DNA of 56,213 bases from NCBI GenBank assembly GCA_043823825.1, contig JBDRTU010000048.1, forward strand, positions 1 to 56,213. The letters run 5' to 3'. The stretch is from Patescibacteria group bacterium (GTDB lineage: Bacteria > Patescibacteriota > Patescibacteriia > Veblenbacterales > UBA10138). The translations under genes were made by a program, and so were the position numbers. Of the stretch, positions 8,706-17,159 are shown piece by piece. A model generated the notes under the pieces. It did not search any database. It saw only the letters and a program-made list of their open reading frames with translations, and was not told where the DNA came from. Positions within the stretch are counted from its first letter, which is position 1. Every line of letters begins with the position of its first letter.

Positions 8706-9209
8706 ATGAACCAAATTAATACCAATGATAAAAATTCACAAAGTAATGTAAATTACGCTAATGATCCTTTGGACAGTAAAGTGTGGATAATTGTAAAATA
8801 CATTTTAGTTTTTGTTATCATTAATGGAATAATATGGGGTGGACAAGAACTTTATCACCGAAAAGACACCCAAGCTATCAAGCGACTTGATGAATACCTC
8901 CTAATCGAAAAGGAAACTATTGAGGGATTAGAGAATAAAATTAATGCTGAAAGCACAAATTTAGATGGGTTGCAGGAAGAACTAAATTATTTAGAAGCTA
9001 ATGGTTTTATCGATATGTATAATAACAAAGTTGATCAATATAATGATTTGTTGTACGCATACAAAAATGACCTAGATATTCATGATGATAAAATATCCGA
9101 ATATAATTTAAAGGTTGAAGAGGTTAATAAGTTAATAGAAAAATCAAGCACTAGATGGTATATAATACCCATTCCTTTACCGAATTCGAAAGCTAGGCTC
9201 AGTATTTAG
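8706..9209 (+). CDS. hypothetical membrane-anchored coiled-coil protein
   Basis: 167 aa. One TM helix followed by an Asn/Glu/Lys-rich heptad-like region. Very AT-rich. No family recognised. Confidence 0.6.
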   Translation: MNQINTNDKNSQSNVNYANDPLDSKVWIIVKYILVFVIINGIIWGGQELYHRKDTQAIKRLDEYLLIEKETIEGLENKINAESTNLDGLQEELNYLEANGFIDMYNNKVDQYNDLLYAYKNDLDIHDDKISEYNLKVEEVNKLIEKSSTRWYIIPIPLPNSKARLSI

Positions 9210-9288
9210 AAATAAGACTTTAAATATATAGCTTTCATATCACCAAGTATTACTTGGAAGAATTAAAAATTAAAGAAATAATTATATT

Positions 9289-9915
9289 ATGAAAAACCAA
9301 TTTAAAATTACAGGTAATATGATAGAGTCTGGATTATTATCGACATGGTTTATATTTAATTATTCAGGTGGTACAATAACTGGGATTTGGCTTATTGTAA
9401 TTGGAGAATGGCCGATTGTAATTTTTGGCGCCATAGCCAGCTTTATAATGCCATGGATTTTTAGCCTAGCCATGTTACCCTCAGTGTTGTTTTACGGTCT
9501 TTTGCAACGTGCAATTGAAAAAAGGAGAAAAAAAATGTTTTTCACGCTTGGTTTTATGAATTTGGTTTATACCAATTTTTTGATACTCCTTTGGGTATAT
9601 TTAATCTTCGATTACCTCATTGTTCAAATGCTAGAACAAAATGTAAATCATCCAATTCTATTAACAATTTTTGCCTATGCTATGTGTGCCTCACCATTGG
9701 CTTATATGGCAAAAAACGAAAAAGATTCCGTCGCAACAGACAATGGATTACTTCTGGGATTAGTTTGGTTTATATTACTAACTCTATTTTGGTTTTTGGG
9801 AGGATTTGAGTCAGTAGCACTATCAATGTTTTTCTGGATCCTCTTATTGGGTACTTCATTATTGACAATGAAAACAGCGTCAAAAGTCTTTGATTCGGGC
9901 GTCATCAAGGAATAA
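9289..9915 (+). CDS. hypothetical polytopic membrane protein
   Basis: 208 aa with 5-6 hydrophobic helices. No family recognised. Confidence 0.6.
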   Translation: MKNQFKITGNMIESGLLSTWFIFNYSGGTITGIWLIVIGEWPIVIFGAIASFIMPWIFSLAMLPSVLFYGLLQRAIEKRRKKMFFTLGFMNLVYTNFLILLWVYLIFDYLIVQMLEQNVNHPILLTIFAYAMCASPLAYMAKNEKDSVATDNGLLLGLVWFILLTLFWFLGGFESVALSMFFWILLLGTSLLTMKTASKVFDSGVIKE

Positions 9916-9961
9916 TATTAAAAACGTATTTAAATTTTACCACCTCCCCAGTGTTGCCCAC

Positions 9962-9998
9962 TAAAAAACAAAAGCCGCCCCGTAAAGGGCGGTTTTAT
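9962..9998. terminator. bidirectional intrinsic terminator between convergent genes
   Basis: Hairpin AGCCGCCC-cguaaa-GGGCGGUU, flanked by an A-run on the left and a T-run on the right. Confidence 0.65.
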
Positions 9999-10010
9999 AT
10001 ATTATCCGAA

Positions 10011-10307
10011 TTACAACTGTTTCTTGTTAGGCCACAAGAAATAAAGGGGTAAGTATACTAATAGATTAAACGTAATCACCTGGGTGTAGTAGTTTATCAT
10101 ACCTAACTGGGCAAGCATTGGTCCTCCGCCGCTCCAATATGCCTGTACTTTCAATTCGTTTTTTGAAAACATCAAATCGTAATACTTATCTGTTTCCTGA
10201 CCCGCATGATATAACCAATATAATGAAATCAGCGTCGTTGTCAGTACTATAATCCAACGAATGAGTGATCGGTGCTTTATGAATTGATTTTGTAGGTAAG
10301 TGAACAT
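10011..10307 (-). CDS. hypothetical small membrane protein
   Basis: 98 aa with three hydrophobic segments, followed by the terminator at 9962-9998. Confidence 0.55.
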   Translation of the reverse strand: MFTYLQNQFIKHRSLIRWIIVLTTTLISLYWLYHAGQETDKYYDLMFSKNELKVQAYWSGGGPMLAQLGMINYYTQVITFNLLVYLPLYFLWPNKKQL

Positions 10308-10406
10308 ATATTCTTATACTATATCAATTGACTCAAGAGCACCATTCCTCACCAACACCCATTGGAGCCACATATAAACAATAGTGGTTGGAAGGGTGGG
10401 GTAACT

Positions 10407-10510
10407 TTAGGCACTAGCTGACAGTGCCGCACCCGTCTCCCGCAATTGCTGCCAAACCTGCAATTCCTCAATAAGCTGGTTCCAACTGCGTCTCACGAGG
10501 TCTACCAGAT
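10407..10510 (-). pseudogene. start-less gene-end remnant (..LVDLVRRSWNQLIEELQVWQQLRETGAALSASA*)
   Basis: This is the C-terminal part of track ORF 10407..10619. The upstream part of that ORF is just read-through of the terminator hairpin. It is paralogous to 7326-7444. Confidence 0.35.
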
Positions 10511-10520
10511 ATATTTTAGC

Positions 10521-10553
10521 AAACAAAAACCCTCCCGCCAGTCGGCGGGAGGG
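10521..10553 (-). terminator. intrinsic terminator of the CxxC protein gene
   Basis: 10-bp GC-rich stem (10530-10539/10544-10553) with a 4-nt loop, followed on the minus strand by UUUUUGUUU. Confidence 0.8.
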
Positions 10554-10576
10554 TTTTGCAATAAGTAATTCGCTAA

Positions 10577-10834
10577 TTAATAACGAGGTGGTCGGCTTTT
10601 GCGTAAGCAATCGCGACAACGAATCGTATTTAATCTTGCTGGATCAGGTTGGAAAGGAAGCTGGGTTACATCAGTACCACAATTGGCACATTTGATACCC
10701 AAAGCTGTTACATCCACTAGTTGACGAGGTTCGCGGTTAAAACCACCGCGTCCACCACGAAAACCACCGCGACCGCCTTGGTCGTTGTTAAATCCTTGTC
10801 CTCCACCTGTATTATCTTCGTTTTGGTAGGTCAT
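10577..10834 (-). CDS. small RGG-rich CxxC-x17-CxxC zinc-ribbon protein
   Basis: The track gives 104 aa starting at 10891. I prefer the ATG at 10834 (MTYQNED..) because GGGGGTGA lies about 11 nt upstream. The Gly/Arg-rich region is followed by CANCG...CRDC. Confidence 0.7.
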   Translation of the reverse strand: MTYQNEDNTGGGQGFNNDQGGRGGFRGGRGGFNREPRQLVDVTALGIKCANCGTDVTQLPFQPDPARLNTIRCRDCLRKSRPPRY

Positions 10835-10944
10835 GAAACTTATAGTCACCCCCTTTCTTTGAGAGATATTAGGATGACTATTTCGATTCAAGCCTACCGA
10901 CTAAGCGTTAAGTTGTTTACGAAACTTTATCCTAACTATTTGGC

Positions 10945-10973
10945 AGTATAGTTTAATATCACAAATAAGTCAA
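10945..10973 (-). promoter_or_regulatory. sigma70-like promoter TTGACT-17-TATACT
   Basis: Read on the minus strand, about 110 nt upstream of the CxxC protein gene. Confidence 0.5.
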
Positions 10974-11108
10974 GCACGGCCGGCCGGTGGGGCTTCTATA
11001 GGGCAGAGTTGAGCTCTTATGATTGTTCCGTACAGGTGGTGCCGCTGGTCGGAGTCCCCACCTACACCAAAGGCTTCAGCTGGCAGGGAACCGTACGAAT
11101 AGATTTTA

Positions 11109-11195
11109 TGGTGCCGGAGGAGAGACTCGAACTCTCAATCCCTTGCGGGAACGGGTTTTTGAGACCCGCGTGTATACCGATTCCACCACTCCGGC
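11109..11195 (-). tRNA. tRNA-Leu(CAA), type II with long variable arm, CCA encoded
   Basis: Hand-folded cloverleaf: GCCGGAG/CUCCGGC acceptor, anticodon stem CGGGU/ACCCG with loop CUCAAAA, variable arm CCC-GCAA-GGG, T arm GAGAG-UUCGAGU-CUCUC, then ACCA. Confidence 0.9.
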
Positions 11196-11247
11196 CTAAA
11201 TCCATTATTAGAAATTGCACTCAGTATCATAGTTAACAAATACAAAA

Positions 11248-11277
11248 TTGTCAAAAGGGTAATAAAACCTTTATACT
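11248..11277 (+). promoter_or_regulatory. sigma70-like promoter TTGTCA-18-TATACT upstream of parA
   Basis: Hexamers read directly from the sequence, 13 nt before the parA ATG region. Confidence 0.45.
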
Positions 11278-11289
11278 AACTAAAGAACT

Positions 11290-12072
11290 ATGGGACTCGT
11301 TATCACGTTAGTTAATCAGAAAGGTGGTGTTGGAAAAACTACTACCGCTGTGAATTTAGCAGCTTACTTTGCAGCAGCTGATAATAAAGTTTTATTAGTA
11401 GATGTTGATCCACAGGCTAATGCTTCAGCAGGAGTTGGTATTAAGGTTAGAGACCAAGAGCGGCATATTTATCATTTATTATTTGAGCCAGAAACCGTGG
11501 ATAGTGCGATACGCCAAACAACCATTAGCAGGTTAGATATTCTGCCTGCACACGCTGATTTAGCTGGCGCTAATATTGAACTGGTGGAAGTAGACGGCCG
11601 TGAATATAAAATACAGAGGATAATTGATATAGTGCGGCCTAATTATGACTTTATTATTATTGATTGCCCACCCAGCCTTGGCCTGCTTACTATTAATGCT
11701 CTTGTGGCTTCGGATAAGCTATTAATACCCGTGCAAGCAGAGTATTATGCTTTGGAGGGGCTGGGGCAGCTGCTAAATACTATTAATTTAATTCAAAATA
11801 ATCTAAAGTCAACTTTAGGTATTTTGGGCGCTGTAGTGACCATGTTTGATACTAGAAATCGGTTAGCCAAGGCAGTAAAAGGTGAGTTGGGGCAGTATTT
11901 TCCAAATAAATTATTTAAAACAGTGATACCAAGAAATGTTAGATTAGCCGAGGCACCGAGCTTTGGGCAACCGATAATGCAATATGATCCTAGCTCGCGC
12001 GGCGCTCAAGCTTATAAAGAATTAGCCGAGGAAATATTATTAACTGTTAGACCAGATGGCCAAACCATTTAA
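11290..12072 (+). CDS. parA: chromosome partitioning ATPase ParA/Soj
   Basis: 260 aa. Deviant Walker A NQKGGVGKTTT. Overlaps parB by 17 nt. Confidence 0.92.
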   Translation: MGLVITLVNQKGGVGKTTTAVNLAAYFAAADNKVLLVDVDPQANASAGVGIKVRDQERHIYHLLFEPETVDSAIRQTTISRLDILPAHADLAGANIELVEVDGREYKIQRIIDIVRPNYDFIIIDCPPSLGLLTINALVASDKLLIPVQAEYYALEGLGQLLNTINLIQNNLKSTLGILGAVVTMFDTRNRLAKAVKGELGQYFPNKLFKTVIPRNVRLAEAPSFGQPIMQYDPSSRGAQAYKELAEEILLTVRPDGQTI

Positions 12073-12940
12073 ATTAGGTAAAGGATTGGGTTCTTTAATT
12101 CCCAAAAAGATAATTAATCAAAGCTCAGTAGCACCTAGGAAAGATTTTAGCTCACCCACTACCGAGCAAGGCGAGTTAGTGGCCTCGCTGCCACCAGAGC
12201 AGATTAAAGTAAACCCTTATCAACCGCGCCACCAAGTTGATCATCAAGGTTTAGATGAGTTGGTTGCTTCAATTAAGGCACATGGTATTATTCAGCCTTT
12301 AGTTGTTTCGCCTCAGGCCGATGGCACTTGGCAGTTAATTGCCGGTGAGCGGCGTCTGCGTGCCGCTCAGCAACTTGGTCTTAAAACAGTACCGGCCATA
12401 GTGCGAGGAGCCAGCAAGCAACAGCATTTAGAGCTGTCTTTGATTGAAAATATTCAACGCCAAAACCTAAACCCTATTGAGGAAGCTATATCTTATAAAA
12501 GACTACACGATGAATTTAATTTAACTCAAGAAGAAATAGCTAAGCAAGTTGGTAAGTCGCGTCCGCAAGTTGCCAATACTATTAGGCTACTAGAATTGCC
12601 ACCCGCTATTCAACAGGCATTGGCTAGTGGTAAATTAACTCTGGGGCACGCCAAAGTAATCCTTAGTTTGGAAACAGCAACGGAACAGGAAAAGTTTTTT
12701 AAATCCATTTTACGTGACGGTTTAACAGTTAAGGAAACCACCTGGGGAGTTAAACGGTTAAAAGGCAAGAATCAAAAGAGCACGTCAACTGAAGTGGCGG
12801 AGTTTAAAGAAATTACTGATCAGTTACGGCAACTGTTGGGCACTAAAGTTAAAATTAAACAACAAGGCAAAACCATTAAAGTAGAAATTGAATATTATTC
12901 TTTTGAAGAATTACAACAACTAGTAGATAAGCTAAAATAA
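12056..12940 (+). CDS. parB: chromosome partitioning protein ParB/Spo0J
   Basis: 294 aa. ParB box GERRLRAA, IENIQRQNLNPIEEA and an HTH region. Confidence 0.92.
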   Translation: MAKPFKLGKGLGSLIPKKIINQSSVAPRKDFSSPTTEQGELVASLPPEQIKVNPYQPRHQVDHQGLDELVASIKAHGIIQPLVVSPQADGTWQLIAGERRLRAAQQLGLKTVPAIVRGASKQQHLELSLIENIQRQNLNPIEEAISYKRLHDEFNLTQEEIAKQVGKSRPQVANTIRLLELPPAIQQALASGKLTLGHAKVILSLETATEQEKFFKSILRDGLTVKETTWGVKRLKGKNQKSTSTEVAEFKEITDQLRQLLGTKVKIKQQGKTIKVEIEYYSFEELQQLVDKLK

Positions 12941-12973
12941 CAATAAAAAGACAGGCCGGCAGTTAGCAGAGAA

Positions 12974-13001
12974 AAGTCGTTTTTGTAGAAACGATTTTTT
13001 T
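12974..13001 (+). terminator. intrinsic terminator after parB
   Basis: Stem UCGUUU/AAACGA with a 6-nt loop, followed by seven T. Confidence 0.75.
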
Positions 13002-13003
13002 AT

Positions 13004-13146
13004 CTGCCTTCGTCCGTCGGGGCGGACTTCGGCGTCTGCCTGCCGGCAAGGCAGGGATTTTGCCGAAGAAATGAAGGATGCCACAGCTGGCCTACTCCGC
13101 CGAAGTAGTTTCGGCTACGAAGGCTGGATAAAGCCGAAGAGGCTTC
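13004..13146. other. GC-rich nested-helix element with recurring GCCGAAG/CUUCGGC motifs
   Basis: Long-range perfect helices 13006-13013/13117-13124 (8 bp) and 13026-13034/13098-13106 (9 bp). Hairpins at 13039-13055, 13099-13115 and 13132-13146. GCCGAAG occurs at 13062, 13099 and 13133. The element lies between the parB terminator and the rel promoter. Confidence 0.4.
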
Positions 13147-13158
13147 ATTGTTAATTAC

Positions 13159-13187
13159 TTGAAATTAATGTCCTAACATGGTAAATA
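13159..13187 (+). promoter_or_regulatory. sigma70-like promoter TTGAAA-17-TAAATA upstream of rel
   Basis: Hexamers read directly, 16 nt before the ATG at 13203. Confidence 0.4.
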
Positions 13188-13202
13188 AAGAGTATCTAAG
13201 TT

Positions 13203-14681
13203 ATGCATACTTTTTCTGACATTTTAGAATTAGTAAAGAAAAATAATCCTGAAGCAGACACCACCATGCTTCAGTTGGCTTATGATTTTGCTACTAAGGC
13301 GCACGCTGGGCAAAAGCGTCTAGACGGCACTGATTATGTTCAGCATTCATTAGAGACAGCATACACTTTGGCCAGGATTAATCTGGATCTTGATACTGTC
13401 ATGGCAGGAGTGCTACACGATATCCCCGAAGATACTGACGTTACACTAGAAGAGGTAGAAAAAAATTTCGGTAAAGAAGTGGCTCATTTGGTGCGCGGTA
13501 TTACTAAATTGGGTAAGATTAAATATCGTGGCCTAGAACGTTATGCTGAAAATTTGCGTAAGATGTTTGTGGCGATGGCTGAAGACGTGAGGGTGATTTT
13601 GATAAAATTGGCCGACCGTTTGCATAACTTAAAAACTCTGGACGCTCTGCCGTTGGTAAAGCAGCAGAGGATTGCGCGCGAAACTTTGGAAATTTATGCC
13701 CCAATTGCTAATCGTTTGGGTATTGGTGAATTAAAAGGACAATTGGAGGATGAGGCTTTTAAATACGTTTATCCCGATGAGTATGCGTGGGTAGTAAAAA
13801 CCACAGCCGAACGTTATGCTAAACAAAAAAATACCGTCAATAAGATGATTAGGGCAATGCGAGCTCTACTTAAAGATAACCAACTGGAGCCAGTTTATCT
13901 TGGCGGGCGAGTTAAGCATTATTATAGTTTGTATCGTAAACTATTGCGCAAAGATATGGATATCAGCAAAGTTTATGATTTAGTGGCACTACGGATAGTG
14001 GTGAAGGATGTTAGCAGTTGTTATCAGGTATTGGGATTAATTCACAGCCAGTGGAAACCAATGCCAGGGCGAATTAAAGATTATATTTCGCAACCAAAGC
14101 CTAACGCTTACCGCTCACTACACACTACCGTGTTTGGCAAAGACGGAGCCATAGTGGAATTTCAAATTAGAGATGTAGAAATGCACGAAACAGCTGAATA
14201 TGGTGTGGCAGCGCATTGGCATTTTAAGGAAGGGAAGAAACGCCGAATAGTTACACTGCCGCCCGAGCAACTTAAATGGATTAAGGAATTATTAGATTGG
14301 CAAAAAGACCTAAAAGACAATGAACAATATTTACATTTGTTAAAAATTGATATTTTTCAAAACCGTATTTTTGTCTTTACCCCCAAAGGGGATGTTATTG
14401 ACTTGCCGGAAGAAGCGACGCCTGTTGATTTTGCTTATCATATTCATACTGATATTGGTCATACCACTTCCGCAGCTAAAGTGAATGATAAAATTGTTCC
14501 GCTTGATCATATTTTAAAAAGCGGTGATGTGGTAGAAATTCTAGTGGATAAACATCGCGTTGGGCCCAATGAAGATTGGCTTAATTTTATTAAAACCAAT
14601 CAGGCCAAAAGCCATATTAAAAACTACTACCACAAGAAGCGTAGTAGGTTATTGAATTTGTTTAGAGGGGGCAGTAACTAG
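13203..14681 (+). CDS. rel: bifunctional (p)ppGpp synthetase/hydrolase (long RSH, ends after the TGS domain)
   Basis: 492 aa. HD hydrolase motifs (HSLETA, LHDIPEDT), synthetase motifs (YRSLHTTV, EFQIRD) and a TGS domain (VFTPKGDVIDLPEEATPVDFAYHIH). Confidence 0.88.
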   Translation: MHTFSDILELVKKNNPEADTTMLQLAYDFATKAHAGQKRLDGTDYVQHSLETAYTLARINLDLDTVMAGVLHDIPEDTDVTLEEVEKNFGKEVAHLVRGITKLGKIKYRGLERYAENLRKMFVAMAEDVRVILIKLADRLHNLKTLDALPLVKQQRIARETLEIYAPIANRLGIGELKGQLEDEAFKYVYPDEYAWVVKTTAERYAKQKNTVNKMIRAMRALLKDNQLEPVYLGGRVKHYYSLYRKLLRKDMDISKVYDLVALRIVVKDVSSCYQVLGLIHSQWKPMPGRIKDYISQPKPNAYRSLHTTVFGKDGAIVEFQIRDVEMHETAEYGVAAHWHFKEGKKRRIVTLPPEQLKWIKELLDWQKDLKDNEQYLHLLKIDIFQNRIFVFTPKGDVIDLPEEATPVDFAYHIHTDIGHTTSAAKVNDKIVPLDHILKSGDVVEILVDKHRVGPNEDWLNFIKTNQAKSHIKNYYHKKRSRLLNLFRGGSN

Positions 14682-14687
14682 TGTTCT

Positions 14688-16973
14688 TCAGTTATTCTTT
14701 TTTCTATTCCTTTTAGGACTACTAGCTTTTTTTTCTAACAATTCTAGTGCCTGTTCTAAGGTGATAGTTTTGGGATCAAATTTTTTTGACACTGAAGCAT
14801 TAAGCTGACTATTGGTAACATACGGTCCAAAGCGGCCTGTTTTTACTGCAATCTCGTTATTGGTTTTTGGATCGTGACCTAAAGTGGCGATAGTACCGCT
14901 TTTAGGTGACTGGGTATTAAAAAGTTCTATGGCTCGCTCCAAAGTAATAGTTAAAACATCATCAGTGGGTGTTAAGGAACGGTATTCTTTTTCTCGTTTA
15001 ACATACGGTCCAAAGCGGCCAATGCCAGCGACAATTTCTTTTCCATCTTCATCATTACCCAAAGTTCTTGGTAATTTTAATAATTCTTCGGCTTGCGCTA
15101 AAGTTACGGTTTCAGCTGTCATATTAGGCAAAAGAGAAGCAAAGCGTGGTTTTTCTTTGTCTTTATTAGCTTCACCAAGTTGTAAATAAGGTCCATAGCG
15201 GCCGATCCTTACTTTAACTAGTAAGCCGCTAGTACTATCAATACCTAAATCGCGCTCTTTCATTACTTCCTTACGAGAAACCTCTTGTTCTTTAATAATA
15301 AGCTGTTCTTTAAAAGGTGTATAAAATTTTTTAATAGTGGTTTGCCACTGGTGTTTACCTTCAGCTATTTTATCAAGCTCTTCTTCAACTGAAGCAGTAA
15401 ATTCCAAATCAACAATTTTAGGAAAATGTTTTACTAATAGATCATTCACCAGCATTGCCAGGTCGGTTGGCTTTAGGCGCCGTTCGAATTTCTCAATATA
15501 ACCACGGTCAATAATAGTACTAATAGTAGGAGCGTAAGTTGAAGGCCGGCCAATACCATATTCTTCTAAAGCTTTAACTAAAGTAGCTTCTGAATACCGA
15601 GCTGGTGGTTCAGTAAAGTGCTGGTTGGGAGTGGCTTTAGTTAATTTAAGCGGATCAGCTTCATTTAGGCTGGGTAATAATTTTTCTTCGGGTAGTTCTA
15701 GCGCTAGTTTTAACCAACCATCAAAAACTAATTTTTGGCCGGTAGCTTTAAAACCATTTTTCTTTTCTTGGTCCGCTACTTCCAAAGTAGTAGCTTCTAG
15801 TTCGGCCTCCGGCATTTGACTGGCTACTGCTCGCCGCCAAATCAAATCATATAGTTTATAGGTTTTTGAATCCAAGTATTGCTTAATTGTTTCTGGAGTC
15901 TTATTAACTAGCGTTGGCCTGATTGCTTCATGAGCTTCTTGGGCTAATTTGGATTTAGTAGCAAAGCGGCGTGGAGAACATAAAGCATAGCGCTCACCAA
16001 ACTGTTGAGAAACCAGTTGTTTAGCTTCGGTTAAAAACTTGTTTGCTAAATTAACCGAGTCAGTTCTCATGTAAGTTATTAAACCAACTGAATCTTCGCT
16101 ACCTAATTCCATACCCTCGTACAAGCGCTGGGCTAGCATCATAGTTTGTTTAACTGAATAGCCCAGACGTCTGTTTGCTTCTTGTTGTAAAGTGGAAGTA
16201 GTAAAAGGCGGGGGAGGCTGACGCTTGGTAGGTCGGCGATTAATGCTAGCAACCTTCCAGGTTTTGTTAGTTAAATCTTTAACTACGTCGTTTGCTTGTT
16301 TTTTGGTGCCAATGGAAAATTTGTCCAAAACTTTGTCATTTAAACGGAAGAGCGAGGCAATAAATTCTACACCATCTTTTTTAAAATTACCTTCAATAGT
16401 CCAGTATTCTTGCGGAGTAAAACTTTGAATTTCTCGTTCACGTTCAACAATTAATCTAACTGTTACTGATTGAACACGCCCAGCGGAAAGTCCTCGGGCG
16501 ACTTTTTTCCACAAAAAAGGAGATAGTTCATATCCCACTAAACGATCCAGCACCCTTCTCGCTTGTTGGGCATTTACTAGATTAAGATCAAGTTGCCTGG
16601 GGTTTTGCAAAGCTTCCGCAATCGCTTCTTTAGTGATTTCATGAAAAACAATGCGTTTTATTTTTTCTTTCGGCGTTTTCATTACTTCTACGAGGTGCCA
16701 GCTAATAGCCTCACCCTCGCGATCTTCATCAGTGGCAAAATAAATCTGCTCAGCTTGGCTGGCTTGCTTTTTTAAATCAGTAACAGTTTTTTTAGCCTTT
16801 ATTGGGATAATGTACTGGGGCGAAAAATCATCATCTACAGCCACTCCTAATTTACTTTTAGGCAAATCCCTGACGTGCCCATAAGAAGAAACCACCTCAA
16901 AATCACTACCTAAAAACCGGCTAATAGTTTTAGCTTTGGTAGGAGATTCAACAATCACTAACTTTTTGCTCAT
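14688..16973 (-). CDS. topA: DNA topoisomerase I
   Basis: Toprim VIVESPTKAKTI, DEDREGE, catalytic-Tyr region ITYMRTDS and C-terminal GR(Y/F)GPY repeats. The ATG at 16973 is preferred over the TTG at 17000 used by the track. Confidence 0.93.
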   Translation of the reverse strand: MSKKLVIVESPTKAKTISRFLGSDFEVVSSYGHVRDLPKSKLGVAVDDDFSPQYIIPIKAKKTVTDLKKQASQAEQIYFATDEDREGEAISWHLVEVMKTPKEKIKRIVFHEITKEAIAEALQNPRQLDLNLVNAQQARRVLDRLVGYELSPFLWKKVARGLSAGRVQSVTVRLIVEREREIQSFTPQEYWTIEGNFKKDGVEFIASLFRLNDKVLDKFSIGTKKQANDVVKDLTNKTWKVASINRRPTKRQPPPPFTTSTLQQEANRRLGYSVKQTMMLAQRLYEGMELGSEDSVGLITYMRTDSVNLANKFLTEAKQLVSQQFGERYALCSPRRFATKSKLAQEAHEAIRPTLVNKTPETIKQYLDSKTYKLYDLIWRRAVASQMPEAELEATTLEVADQEKKNGFKATGQKLVFDGWLKLALELPEEKLLPSLNEADPLKLTKATPNQHFTEPPARYSEATLVKALEEYGIGRPSTYAPTISTIIDRGYIEKFERRLKPTDLAMLVNDLLVKHFPKIVDLEFTASVEEELDKIAEGKHQWQTTIKKFYTPFKEQLIIKEQEVSRKEVMKERDLGIDSTSGLLVKVRIGRYGPYLQLGEANKDKEKPRFASLLPNMTAETVTLAQAEELLKLPRTLGNDEDGKEIVAGIGRFGPYVKREKEYRSLTPTDDVLTITLERAIELFNTQSPKSGTIATLGHDPKTNNEIAVKTGRFGPYVTNSQLNASVSKKFDPKTITLEQALELLEKKASSPKRNRKKNN

Positions 16974-17159
16974 ACCCAGTATATCAAGTTCGCTCAACAA
17001 ATAAATGGTGCGAGTAGTTGAGAGGTTGATTAATTATTATGATAATATGATACATCAATAAGGCTTTAATTAATATTTATCGTACAGATTTAAGATAAGT
17101 TGTAAACTTGGACAAGGATTCAGTTTTGTTTATACCACAAGCTACTAATAAATTGCAAA

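Noticed and set aside
9591-9809. Track ORF of 72 aa in an alternative + frame
   Set aside because: It is entirely nested inside the 208-aa membrane-protein ORF 9289..9915, and its translation is Arg/Cys/Asn-rich nonsense.
10511-10619. N-terminal part of track ORF 10407..10619
   Set aside because: This part of the frame reads straight through the 10-bp GC terminator hairpin and overlaps the 3' end of the CxxC gene. Only the last ~33 codons look like a former coding sequence.
11009-11236. Track ORF of 75 aa
   Set aside because: It is antisense to, and fully overlaps, tRNA-Leu(CAA). Part of its sequence is the reverse complement of the tRNA.
13004-13146. Canonical parS (TGTTNCACGTGAAACA) near parAB
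   Set aside because: I did not find this 16-mer, or a close variant, by eye here or elsewhere in the window. The nearest CACGTG is at about 25543 and lacks the flanks. The GCCGAAG array is reported only as a speculative alternative.
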